Assembly: GCA_902500205.1 (NCBI GenBank)
Contig: GCA_902500205.1_4868.1
DNA: 64,000 nt
Origin: Escherichia coli
GTDB taxonomy: Bacteria > Pseudomonadota > Gammaproteobacteria > Enterobacterales > Enterobacteriaceae
Direction: 5' to 3' (one strand)
Part shown: piece after piece, positions 45,090-54,754 of the stretch
Layout of the letters: the number at the start of each line of letters is the position of its first letter
How positions within the stretch are numbered: the first letter of the stretch is position 1
Position numbers and translations under genes: made by a program
Notes under the pieces: model-generated
The model's database searches: none
Told to the model about the DNA's origin: nothing
The model's input: the letters and a program-made list of their open reading frames with translations, nothing else

Positions 45090-48000
45090 CTAAGAGGCCC
45101 ACTCACCCGAGTTGTTGCCTTCGTTTCTACGTTCAGTATCCAACGTTTGTAAAATCCAATCCCATGTCCTGGTGGGGATGTGGAATGGATTACGCTTCTC
45201 AATGAGAATCGTTTCGCCACCAGTGCGAAGTTCCACCGGTGTCGTTTCAGTAATCACGAACATCGGATTACCACTACTACCTACGCCATTAATAGTGAAC
45301 TTCGCTTGCAACGGCGGCACAGAACCTTCCGGAGGCACGAACACGATGTGAATTGGCTGCATCGGTTTCGTGCGGGCAAGAGTCCTGGATATCTGAACAG
45401 CTGTTGTCGATGCACTGAAAGGTATAACATTACCCGGAATTTTCTCACTACCCACGATGATATATCCAGGGTAGTTAGAGAGCATTGTCCCATTTACCGA
45501 CACAAAACGCTCAGTTTGAGTTGGGCGATAAGCCCGCATAAAGCCGTACTTCCATTCACCACCGTTAGACGTATAGTCTGCAGGAGCCGACTCAAGTAGC
45601 GGAGCACCACGTTTCTGCAGCCCTTTATAAAACGGCGCTGGGAGTTTACCGTTCGGTGCAAGTTCCGGATAACCCTCACTTGCAGCAGACATCGTGATGT
45701 ATTCCGTAACCGGGTGATCAACGTTATCTCCAAATGACGCAAAAGGTACCGTTGTTACTGTCATCTCCTCGTGGTCGGAAGACTGTCTATCTGGCGTCCT
45801 TTCAATATACGACTCAAACAGTGAACGTAAATAATGGAAACGATTTATATCCACATCTGAGATGATCGGCTGCATCAAACCGTGGTTAATAGTCACGTTG
45901 TCTCGAGTTTCAATACCGGAAACGTGGATGGCTAGCGCCCCACCTTTAAAGTAATCGATCGCATCAAACGGAATGTCGTATTCCATTTCGTAAACCTGCA
46001 CCAGCGGATTGGCTATCAACTTAGAAACCATTGAGATGCGCAGTACCTGCGTATCAACAATGTATCGATAACGTACAAGCCAACGATCTCCAAGCGGCGC
46101 AAGCTCACTATCGGTATGAACCGAAAGAAAATCTAAACACTCGGTAGATTGGCTCGTCAGGTTTTTAATTACCCTCGGATTTTCAAGCACCTTATTTGTA
46201 ACACTGCCCTGCGTGGTCGAGATGATGCCTCCAGTTGCTTGGTTATAAGGAGACCTGATGAAGCCACAATTCAATTCTGGACGATTGCCACTCCATCTCA
46301 GTACCCTAGTCATGCTTTTATCATCTGCAGACGGGGCCATGAAGTTTAATGTGATATCGCGAACGCGAACTGTTTGTGCTTCCGACAAATCAACATCGAC
46401 CACCACAGAACCTTCAAACGTCGCCATCCCTTTTTCTTTCGGGTTGCTTGGTGTAAACCAGCAGTACGGTGATGCGCTTTCTGTGGAGACAACCGCTCCA
46501 ACAAACACTAGGCTTGAAATGGTACTATCAAATTTATAATCGAATAACCCTCGGTCTAATCGAATATAGTGGTTACCAGAAACTGGACTATTAGGGTACG
46601 CATAAAGCCACTGTTTAGGCAACGGATCGACTTTGTTTAGCGGTAACATTTTTGGGTTATCCGTCAACGACCAGTCGGCATTACTCACTCCGTGCGCCAG
46701 ACGTGTTTCGAAGTGCCGTTTAAGTTCGGACGCCATGCCAAAATCAAACGTCGTTTCAAACTCGTAAGTCGTACCTGCAACCAATCCCGTCTCGGGTACA
46801 TCAATATGTCCGATATAGCCGCGTTCCAAGTTAATACCTTCCGTGTCCACAATAGGTTCGGCGCGCGAATATAACGCATCGGTTATCATGTTCACATAGA
46901 GGTAATGCCTTAAACCATTCGGCGTCTTAACAAACTCCTGCAGGCGGGCAACTTTGGTGTTTTTATCCGAGGCCCCAACCGCAAAGTCACCGTCGTAAAT
47001 TGTGAAACGAATTGCGGCTGCTTTAGCGCTATCGTTACACTCGGCACGGAATGCTAAGCAGTGTTGCTTCCACCCCTCCTTGACAGTCGCCTCCAGATAC
47101 CCCGCTTCTGTAATACCCGCACCGATAATTTCACCGTCCAGATAAACAGAAACAGCACCACCGCCACGAACCCAAATCCGTAGTTTACCAGAGTCGCAAC
47201 GAACCCACGTTTTCGCCAAGAGGTTAACGACTGACAAATCACCCATTCCGGTTGTCGTTAAACCAATCTGCGCACCGTAGTTCGTTTCCGGGACGGCAAC
47301 CTCAAACCCACTAAAATCAATACCGTCACCGATATTAATTACCGCGTTCTGCCACGTTCTTTCCATACGGTTATCTGGAGAGAACCACTGGAACATCGGG
47401 GTGGTTTGCAGGTCTATCGAACCAGATACCGTCCCCTCTTTACGTGCACCATTTAACAGATAGAAATAATTCAAATCCGTTACGGCGAGGGTGGTACGTG
47501 TAGATCCCACAGTCCAAGTCTTACCACGCACAGCGGCAAAATCGGTCACGGAATCCTCTTTCGCGTTTGCTAGCGCAGCTGCAACTACGTCTAAACGTTT
47601 TGACAAATCGTTCAGAACGTTCGGGGTAACGCCGCGATTACCCGACAAGCCGTTTAGGTTGGTAGAATATCGAGCGATACCGGGAACTGTTTGAGAAGCC
47701 GTTGGGATCTGTAAATCGGCGAAGTTGTGATGGTGACCTTTATCACTAAGACCGGTAACTGCTTCTGCCAACGCATCAGAAAGTGGTTTATCGACGTCAG
47801 CTGTGTTATCAGCCAAGTCTAAACCTAAATCCTTTTTCGTCAGCGTTCGACTACCAGTGTTCATCGGCTGGTTATTCAGCAGCGTTGTCTTCCTGACGTA
47901 CGAAGACAGGTCGCCCTCATACGGCAAAAGCGCCGACGGGGTGACTGCTTGTCCCTTGACTACATCGCTCGGCTTATCAGTCAGCGTCACAACGCCTGGT

Positions 48001-49220
48001 TCAGAGGTCGTCGCGGGTTTGGCTGTGACCTTCCCGGTGACGGGATCGGCTTTTGACCCTTTACCCGTGAAAGTGATGCCGTTCACCCCGCTAATGTACA
48101 GTTTGTTGTCATCCGGGTCAACGGTACCACCGCCGGTACCAGGGTCTTGTTGATAGCCCATGAGAGCAGTTGTGGTCAGTAACGTCGTGCCATTAAGCGT
48201 CAGCTTATCCATCCCCAAGGCACTGCCAGTCGACTCAATACGTAATGTATTGATGCCTGCTTTCCACTCCATAAACCGGACGGTTCCAGTAGTGTCGGCA
48301 TACCCACACGCCAACACAACAGAGCCATTAGATTTAAGAGTGAATGCCTCAGCAGAGAACACAATTTCGGATTCACCAGCAGGAGAACGGAACAGGGCAC
48401 GAGTACCAGATATCGTCGCGTTAAACACCCCTTTGGATTCTTTCGATACCCATTTAGAAATGTACTTGTCGATATCCGATTGTTGCAGACCCAGTGCACG
48501 GACCTCGCTGGTTAACTGACGCAACGTCTTTCCATACGCCAGGAAAGTATCTGGCGTTTTCAGGTTGACAGGATGCGCACCGGCCTGCGCCGCGGTAGTC
48601 CCATGAGGGTTAGTCGACGCAATGTGTCCGGGGTAGTTAAATGTGGCGATTTCAGTTCCTAAGCCCAAAACCGCATCTTTCAGCTCAGTAAGCTTTTCAC
48701 GAATCTGCTCGTTGGCCGCCCCGGCATCTAACTCCACATCATGCACTGCAGAGGCAACATACTTTTTATTCAGCATGTCTGACCAAGCTACCGCTGCAGG
48801 GGTGGCTGGGTACAGGGAAGGTCGATTACCTAAAAGCAGCCAATCTGCAGCCGTTGGATTGTTGAGTGCCTTAATTAGCTCATCTAACATCTCAATCAAA
48901 CCACTGTAAAACGTACCCCCGAGCATCTGGCCTTCAAAGACCACCGCACCACGCAGTTTAGGGTTAATAAGATGCACCCCGCAAAACACCGGGGTCGTCA
49001 CCGAGTCGTCCAACGGTGTTAAAGCATACTCCAGCTCATAGTCCGTCCCGCGGGTAAGCGGTATGGACGAGCCGGCGAGCCTTACCACCAATCCTTCGAA
49101 AAACGGGCGATGATCTAGCATCACCACCCGATCGTTAGGATTGTCGGAGTCGATGATACGTTCCTCGATGAAGTGACACTCAGGATTTACACCCCGAGGA
49201 TCGTAAGGATACGTTTTCAT
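45090..49220 (-). CDS. giant tail-fibre-like protein (1376 aa)
   Basis: ATG after AAGGAG; shared N-terminal module (..PFFEGLVVRL......GTDYELEYAL); classic fibre motif EPGVVTLTDKPSDVVKGQAVTPSAL. Confidence 0.75.
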   Translation of the reverse strand: MKTYPYDPRGVNPECHFIEERIIDSDNPNDRVVMLDHRPFFEGLVVRLAGSSIPLTRGTDYELEYALTPLDDSVTTPVFCGVHLINPKLRGAVVFEGQMLGGTFYSGLIEMLDELIKALNNPTAADWLLLGNRPSLYPATPAAVAWSDMLNKKYVASAVHDVELDAGAANEQIREKLTELKDAVLGLGTEIATFNYPGHIASTNPHGTTAAQAGAHPVNLKTPDTFLAYGKTLRQLTSEVRALGLQQSDIDKYISKWVSKESKGVFNATISGTRALFRSPAGESEIVFSAEAFTLKSNGSVVLACGYADTTGTVRFMEWKAGINTLRIESTGSALGMDKLTLNGTTLLTTTALMGYQQDPGTGGGTVDPDDNKLYISGVNGITFTGKGSKADPVTGKVTAKPATTSEPGVVTLTDKPSDVVKGQAVTPSALLPYEGDLSSYVRKTTLLNNQPMNTGSRTLTKKDLGLDLADNTADVDKPLSDALAEAVTGLSDKGHHHNFADLQIPTASQTVPGIARYSTNLNGLSGNRGVTPNVLNDLSKRLDVVAAALANAKEDSVTDFAAVRGKTWTVGSTRTTLAVTDLNYFYLLNGARKEGTVSGSIDLQTTPMFQWFSPDNRMERTWQNAVINIGDGIDFSGFEVAVPETNYGAQIGLTTTGMGDLSVVNLLAKTWVRCDSGKLRIWVRGGGAVSVYLDGEIIGAGITEAGYLEATVKEGWKQHCLAFRAECNDSAKAAAIRFTIYDGDFAVGASDKNTKVARLQEFVKTPNGLRHYLYVNMITDALYSRAEPIVDTEGINLERGYIGHIDVPETGLVAGTTYEFETTFDFGMASELKRHFETRLAHGVSNADWSLTDNPKMLPLNKVDPLPKQWLYAYPNSPVSGNHYIRLDRGLFDYKFDSTISSLVFVGAVVSTESASPYCWFTPSNPKEKGMATFEGSVVVDVDLSEAQTVRVRDITLNFMAPSADDKSMTRVLRWSGNRPELNCGFIRSPYNQATGGIISTTQGSVTNKVLENPRVIKNLTSQSTECLDFLSVHTDSELAPLGDRWLVRYRYIVDTQVLRISMVSKLIANPLVQVYEMEYDIPFDAIDYFKGGALAIHVSGIETRDNVTINHGLMQPIISDVDINRFHYLRSLFESYIERTPDRQSSDHEEMTVTTVPFASFGDNVDHPVTEYITMSAASEGYPELAPNGKLPAPFYKGLQKRGAPLLESAPADYTSNGGEWKYGFMRAYRPTQTERFVSVNGTMLSNYPGYIIVGSEKIPGNVIPFSASTTAVQISRTLARTKPMQPIHIVFVPPEGSVPPLQAKFTINGVGSSGNPMFVITETTPVELRTGGETILIEKRNPFHIPTRTWDWILQTLDTERRNEGNNSGEWAS

Positions 49221-49232
49221 TCAAAAATCTCC

Positions 49233-52200
49233 TTAATCACGAATAATAAGTGTTCGACCTGACGTGTTTTTCGGATTGAACGTCATCATCTTGGACGGGT
49301 GTGCCACCAGTGGAATTTTACCTGTATCCACTGGTCGGAACGAACTGTATGAATAGTTGCACATCGCGCTGTTCATCTCATTGATCGTTGAACCTGCATC
49401 CACCACGCCAGTAAAGAATCTTGCGCGGTTTAAGCCGGAATAGTTAATCGCATAGTCAAGGAACGTGGCGTAATAACGATTCTTTGTCGGCATCGTGTTC
49501 AGGTTAGCGTAAGTCAAACGCGCTTCTGTGTCGGAACTAAACAAACCACCCACGCCGTGATAAATCGGCGTACTCGGATCGGTAATCAGTTTCGTCAAGT
49601 CGATATAGTCAGGACGGAGACGGGTAGACAAATCCTCAGTCCACGACTCGCCGGTCGACTGCAAGGTGTATTTCAGCGTCTTTGTTGTCGCGGTTAGCGT
49701 CAGCTCAAAGTTAATCGTTTTGGAATCGATGTTAATCGTTCCCACGAACGAAATACCGTCCGCTGTTCGCGCGTGGCTGAAACGCACCGATGGATTAAGT
49801 GCCGTCCAGTCATGGCCGGCACCAGTAACGCCATTCAGACCAATAACAACCTGTGCAGCACGTCCGTAGTTAACCGCGATTCCCGCATACGTGCTCACGC
49901 CGCCTGGAGTGGTAATACGTCCTGCGGTGCGTGCGACGAGTACAGAAATACGGTGCATGAACGTGGCCGAGTGATGGCAACACCCAATTACCGTTTCTAG
50001 CACACTGTCCGCTGTTGCGGTTAAAGGTGTCCACGTTGCGGTAATGCCGTTATTCTGGAACATCGGGAATGTGTTGTGGACAAAACGATAATCGGTTACA
50101 GATAAACTGGTTGTTTTAAACGTCCATTTATCAGCAGCCGGATCGTAGTCCGCTTTCAACATAGGTGTATAGCTGCTAGCCTGCGCGTAACGCCAATCGG
50201 CATCTATACGTTTTGTACCCGGTGCGCCCGTGGACCACACAGGCCCGCCAGTACCGTAAGTAAATCCGAATTCAGCTTGCGTCATGCCCCGACGAATATG
50301 GGCGTTATCATCCTCGATATGCTCGCCTAATTCACGGAACTCACCTAAACGCGTCACGTTGCGGATTTCTACAAAAACCACACCGGTTTCACTGGTGATG
50401 ATGGAACCTATTTTGGTCATCGTCTCAGTTTCTGCCGTGTTTGGATTTTCGTAGATAATGTACTTGCCGTCATCGCCCGCCGCGTCAACATACACGCCAA
50501 ACTCAGCATCTTCGTGCGTCGCTGGGAATAGCTCCGCCAAGTTAAATGTGGAGAGAGGTACTTTGTACTCGCGACCAACGAAATAATCGTTCGCTTTAAT
50601 AGTAACCATCCAGTCGGTGTAAGTGATGCCGTTTTCAATGATGTCCGTGCCGGGTAAACCGTAACGAATAATGTTGATTGAAGCACCAGAGTCGACTGTC
50701 TTCGCAACCTTCTCTATCTCTGTGATGGCGTCCGCCTGTCGGATGACCTCACCGCCGTCTAATGCCAGCGTGGCATCGTCAACCGCGGTGCCGAACTGTA
50801 CTAAACCGAACTCCGTCGTTGTTGCACGCTTAATCCCGAGCGCAGCAGGAGTGTGTGTGTGACCGACGACTGCGTACTTGTCCAGCTCAGCTCGTTGGAG
50901 CGGGGAAATCGGCAATTGCACATCTGGGATGTTCTGTACGTTCGATAAGCCGAAGTTAGTTTTATCGATGTAAATAGAACTCGTCAGTGGCATGTCGTTG
51001 ATGTACGATTTAACAGCAACCAACTTGCCCGTAAACTGCTGATCCAATTTCTTGATGAGTGCCGGCGTTGCGGCCAAGTCCTCACGATCACCGAATTCAG
51101 TAGCCAACAAACGGACAGCCATCAGGCCAAGGTCGTCGGACTCCGGTGGAACAAAAGTACAAATGAACGGAACAGACTGAATACCGTTGCCGTTAATGGT
51201 TACAGTAGCTGTGGATGTTCCGTAAAACAGTCCATCACCACCTGACTCGTTACCCGGCAGGTACGGCCCGACCGTAGTAGGGTCCAATAGTTTCTTACCG
51301 TTGAACTCCAATCCACGGGAATCCGGATAAAGGATGAGTTGGTTAGCCCCACCTTGCCATGTAATCGGATTGTTCCCGGCGTTAACGGTTTGCGAATCGC
51401 GTCCAATAAAACGGATAACCTTCGGGTCAACCGTGAATTGTGCACCCACTCCTTCAGACTCATCGGTACCCACTGCTGACGTTATCGAAGTCAGGCCAGG
51501 CTTCATACCGAAAGTGCCGTTGATAGACTGTGCAGCCGCCGGTAAACGTAAAAGCTTATTCGCCAGCGTTGACAGTTTCGGCAACAGATTGTTAACGTAA
51601 TCTGTCAGCTGCGGTTGCGTTTTTCCGTATACCAGTGTCGCGTCCGAAGCAATACCGTTATTCTCCAAAGCACGGATTGCGCCCCACGAATCGCGATGTG
51701 GGTTATCCTTGCGCGGCACGTGCGTATGTGCCGGTGCATCACGGTACAGCTTATCGACAATCTGGTGATATTTTACCAGCAGCTGGTACACGTCGTTGTT
51801 AACGTCAGGTGCCGGTGCGCCTGGTAATGAACGAATCTGGACGTAATCGTTCTCACCTGCCCACCAGTTTAGGTTGACGCCCGATTTAAACTTCAACCAT
51901 TTTGCGACATCAGTTTTCTGATACCCTGGTGCAAATTCGCTCGGTGGGTTGTCAACGTTAAAGCTGTAGTTAACGGTTTGCTTGCTTGTTTTAACGGTAA
52001 TGTCGTAAACGCCGTTACCTTCGCGTCTGACCACGCTAAGCTCAATATCACCCGCCAACTCGGTATCGGTCAGGCCAGTCGTCAACGTATAGCTGTAATT
52101 AGACGAACCAGAACCAATCGCCGTCGTTAAGGTAAGATAAATCGCGCGTTGCTTCAACTGAAGACGCAGGATACTTGTCCCACCGTTTGCGTAACAGAGC

Positions 52201-52946
52201 ATCCAATCGATCAACTCGCCTGGGTTTAACGTTGTTTCCGGTGGAATGCTCGGTAAACGGTGTTTTACCGCTAACGAATACGCATTGAACGTCGTGTTCT
52301 GGTAAGATAACGAATAACGACGACGAGACGCGTTATACGTGTAGCCGCCAGTACCGTCGTACGTCGCATACTGCTCGGATGTGATAAGCGTGACACCGGC
52401 GCGATATTGAAGGTCTAACGTGTTACGAGCAATCGGGTCAACGCGACTGATCGCTTCACCGAGCTTAGCGCCAACCGCAACAATGGCTTCCATCAACTCG
52501 GATTCGCCACGCCAGTTTTCCCAGTCGAACTTAATATCGACCGGTGGGAAATATAAATCCCCAATGACGTTATCCCATTGGCAGTCCACGGGATAGCGAT
52601 CTTTATTCGCTTCTCGTTCTGCGGCGATCATTTCTGCAGTGGCTTCACCGATGCCAATTGCGTGGTAATCGAGTGTAAAGCCACTCTGATATTTCGGGTT
52701 GGTAATCCACACACCACCATGACAAACATGGCCAGTGCGTGCCATGCCCGTAACGTACGCATGGGTGATGACGTAATCATCACCTAATGTTAATTTCTTG
52801 CCGCCACTCTTGACCACCAGGGATGTGGTATAAAAGGGGGCGTGTGCGGGGAACAACATCCGGTACTTAGTACCGATCGGCGTTACCGCTTCACCGGTCT
52901 GCATATTCCCCGGTTCTTGATAGTGCGGGTCAGGGACGACAGCCAT
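49233..52946 (-). CDS. giant tail-fibre-like protein (1237 aa), first gene of minus-strand operon
   Basis: ATG 7 nt after AAGGAG; N-terminal module (..APFYTTSLVV.....LGDDYVITHA); VGHTHT and TTEFGLVQFGTAVDDATLALDGGEV fibre-like segments. Confidence 0.75.
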   Translation of the reverse strand: MAVVPDPHYQEPGNMQTGEAVTPIGTKYRMLFPAHAPFYTTSLVVKSGGKKLTLGDDYVITHAYVTGMARTGHVCHGGVWITNPKYQSGFTLDYHAIGIGEATAEMIAAEREANKDRYPVDCQWDNVIGDLYFPPVDIKFDWENWRGESELMEAIVAVGAKLGEAISRVDPIARNTLDLQYRAGVTLITSEQYATYDGTGGYTYNASRRRYSLSYQNTTFNAYSLAVKHRLPSIPPETTLNPGELIDWMLCYANGGTSILRLQLKQRAIYLTLTTAIGSGSSNYSYTLTTGLTDTELAGDIELSVVRREGNGVYDITVKTSKQTVNYSFNVDNPPSEFAPGYQKTDVAKWLKFKSGVNLNWWAGENDYVQIRSLPGAPAPDVNNDVYQLLVKYHQIVDKLYRDAPAHTHVPRKDNPHRDSWGAIRALENNGIASDATLVYGKTQPQLTDYVNNLLPKLSTLANKLLRLPAAAQSINGTFGMKPGLTSITSAVGTDESEGVGAQFTVDPKVIRFIGRDSQTVNAGNNPITWQGGANQLILYPDSRGLEFNGKKLLDPTTVGPYLPGNESGGDGLFYGTSTATVTINGNGIQSVPFICTFVPPESDDLGLMAVRLLATEFGDREDLAATPALIKKLDQQFTGKLVAVKSYINDMPLTSSIYIDKTNFGLSNVQNIPDVQLPISPLQRAELDKYAVVGHTHTPAALGIKRATTTEFGLVQFGTAVDDATLALDGGEVIRQADAITEIEKVAKTVDSGASINIIRYGLPGTDIIENGITYTDWMVTIKANDYFVGREYKVPLSTFNLAELFPATHEDAEFGVYVDAAGDDGKYIIYENPNTAETETMTKIGSIITSETGVVFVEIRNVTRLGEFRELGEHIEDDNAHIRRGMTQAEFGFTYGTGGPVWSTGAPGTKRIDADWRYAQASSYTPMLKADYDPAADKWTFKTTSLSVTDYRFVHNTFPMFQNNGITATWTPLTATADSVLETVIGCCHHSATFMHRISVLVARTAGRITTPGGVSTYAGIAVNYGRAAQVVIGLNGVTGAGHDWTALNPSVRFSHARTADGISFVGTINIDSKTINFELTLTATTKTLKYTLQSTGESWTEDLSTRLRPDYIDLTKLITDPSTPIYHGVGGLFSSDTEARLTYANLNTMPTKNRYYATFLDYAINYSGLNRARFFTGVVDAGSTINEMNSAMCNYSYSSFRPVDTGKIPLVAHPSKMMTFNPKNTSGRTLIIRD

Positions 52947-53013
52947 TTTACACTCCTTTTCTCTGAGGGCGTCGAGTTCATACTATGACCCGAATCCTTA
53001 GAGGAAACAGCCA

Positions 53014-54276
53014 GTGACTACTGCTTATCAAGTGCGGGCCGACAGCGCTTTTGGCTTCTCTCGAGACACCCGAACTTGGGGAACCATCGATGTCACGCAG
53101 CCCTTAAATACCCTTTGTGCTAACTACCACTTTTTCGAAGTAGGACTAGAAGCACTAGGTGCTGAATATACCTTCTATAGCCAGTATCACCTGGCTGATT
53201 TACAAAACCGTACGGACACGTTGCAAGATTGGTTAAACACCAAGTCAGGAATCGCGATTCCAACGCTTGGGAAGGGCCTACCGAAGCTCGAATTCGTTGA
53301 GGCACATTACCAGTCTATTAATGCAGATGTGCCCGTAGAAACGCACCTGTGCCCTCCTGGGTACCATTACACTCAGGACTTCAATCCCGATGATGCACAC
53401 GACGTTGTTGTAGTCTGCGACGATGAGTGGAAAGAGAAATACCGTACTGGGGTGCTGTACAACATCAACGGCCAGTGGGTACCTCACCAATCTGACCCAG
53501 TGGGCGTTCGCTTAACCGGCGCTGGTAATATCGTGCGGCGTGCCAATACACCTGACATCGGCTGTCTGGTGATGGCAAACATCGGTAAAGTAAAGACCTA
53601 CCCCATATCCGGTTTAACGATGAACAAACTCGATACTACGCGAGATTACTATTCTTCGTTAATGTTGACCTTACCCGATTCCATTACAGGGAAAACCGTT
53701 GGGTTCGTCATCGGAGGTATTCTGCATTGGTTGCCGCCGCAGGGCTATTTCAGCGACCGTGCGATTATGCTGAGTCTGCCAAACCTTAGCGTGGCGAAGA
53801 TTGTATTGGAAACCCGTCGCTATTACGATTGGGACGCCATCGGTGTAGGTGATTTAAGTACGCCTACGTCCGTTCAACGTATTCGTAACTCAGAAACGTT
53901 AAAAGCGTTGCTGACGCACGAATCCTCGTTTATCTTTACGATAGACAACCCGTATCTCGAAAAAGAGATTCACGGAATAAGCCACAACGCTATCTGGGGC
54001 CGGTTCTATTTAAAAGACCCAACTGACCCAGATGGGAAGAAAACGCTAGGTCCTATCTTTAACCGTATTGGTAAATGTGTAGGGTACTGGCCGACCTGGG
54101 AAGAAGGGGAGTGGGTCTTTAATACCACATTCTTCGACCGGGAAAACTTTTTGTTGGGGAACGCGCGTTGGTATAACCAGAATTTGGTAAACGACGCGCA
54201 GGCAATCGTCGGGCCTTTCGGGGCTTGGGGTAAGCCATTTGTTGAAATGCATCGCTACAAAGCACGAAAAAAATAA
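53014..54276 (+). CDS. hypothetical protein (420 aa)
   Basis: GTG start after AGAGGAAACAGCCA; divergent from the minus-strand fibre operon. Confidence 0.55.
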   Translation: MTTAYQVRADSAFGFSRDTRTWGTIDVTQPLNTLCANYHFFEVGLEALGAEYTFYSQYHLADLQNRTDTLQDWLNTKSGIAIPTLGKGLPKLEFVEAHYQSINADVPVETHLCPPGYHYTQDFNPDDAHDVVVVCDDEWKEKYRTGVLYNINGQWVPHQSDPVGVRLTGAGNIVRRANTPDIGCLVMANIGKVKTYPISGLTMNKLDTTRDYYSSLMLTLPDSITGKTVGFVIGGILHWLPPQGYFSDRAIMLSLPNLSVAKIVLETRRYYDWDAIGVGDLSTPTSVQRIRNSETLKALLTHESSFIFTIDNPYLEKEIHGISHNAIWGRFYLKDPTDPDGKKTLGPIFNRIGKCVGYWPTWEEGEWVFNTTFFDRENFLLGNARWYNQNLVNDAQAIVGPFGAWGKPFVEMHRYKARKK

Positions 54277-54282
54277 AAGGTA

Positions 54283-54326
54283 AACCCTACTCCCAACGGG
54301 AGTAGGGTACCTATATCTTTTTTTGC
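54283..54326. terminator. bidirectional intrinsic terminator
   Basis: CCCTACTCCC-AAC-GGGAGTAGGG with A-run upstream and T-run (TCTTTTTTTG) downstream. Confidence 0.7.
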
Positions 54327-54337
54327 CTGCAGGCCGA

Positions 54338-54547
54338 TTACGCGTTTACGTAATAGATGGCGTTGCCGAACATTTTGTTGTTGCCGCCACAAGCGGTAAC
54401 TTTAAATGCTACGCCGCCTTCAGCTTCGGCTTTCTTAGCCAGCGCTTCGGTAACTTCGGTAACGGTGCTCAGTCCAGAAACCTGAACGGTGCCTGCTTCT
54501 ACCAGACCAGAAACGTCGCTGCCTGCGGTGATTTCACGAATGCTCAT
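54338..54547 (-). CDS. DUF1471 (YhcN/BhsA family)-like small protein lacking a signal peptide
   Basis: C-terminal SGLSTVTEVTEALAKKAEAEGGVAFKVTACGGNNKMFGNAIYYV matches the DUF1471 domain pattern of enterobacterial stress proteins; RBS GGAGA. Confidence 0.5.
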   Translation of the reverse strand: MSIREITAGSDVSGLVEAGTVQVSGLSTVTEVTEALAKKAEAEGGVAFKVTACGGNNKMFGNAIYYVNA

Positions 54548-54641
54548 TTACTTATCTCCATTAACAAATGATAGCAGAAGAACCCTATGTTCAACTACTT
54601 GTACTTCGAGGCATATTAACTGCCCCGACTCGTAAATTAGT

Positions 54642-54728
54642 TGACAATAAACCGGCTTTTGTGCGAAAAAAGTGGCTAACTGTGCACAAGCGATTCGGGT
54701 TATCGTTACAGTTAGGGGTTTATTGTCA
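54642..54728. repeat. 12-bp perfect inverted repeat pair TGACAATAAACC / GGTTTATTGTCA separated by 63 bp
   Basis: Read directly from sequence at 54642-54653 and 54717-54728, in the leader region upstream of the minus-strand DUF1471-like gene; minus-strand TATAAT-like hexamer overlaps at 54731-54736. Confidence 0.5.
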
Positions 54729-54754
54729 CATTATACCCCACACACGTAAATAAC

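Noticed and set aside
39811-52946. Numerous 60-220-aa plus-strand ORFs inside the giant minus-strand fibre genes (for example 40513-41184, 43412-43840, 47803-48153, 48160-48519)
   Set aside because: All lie antisense within long uninterrupted minus-strand reading frames that carry fibre motifs and RBSs; typical shadow ORFs.
54568-54753. 61-aa plus-strand ORF and plus-strand TTGACA at 54641
   Set aside because: The ORF lies within the leader/inverted-repeat region with no RBS; the TTGACA has no suitably spaced -10 on the plus strand, so I treat the region as regulatory for the minus-strand gene instead.
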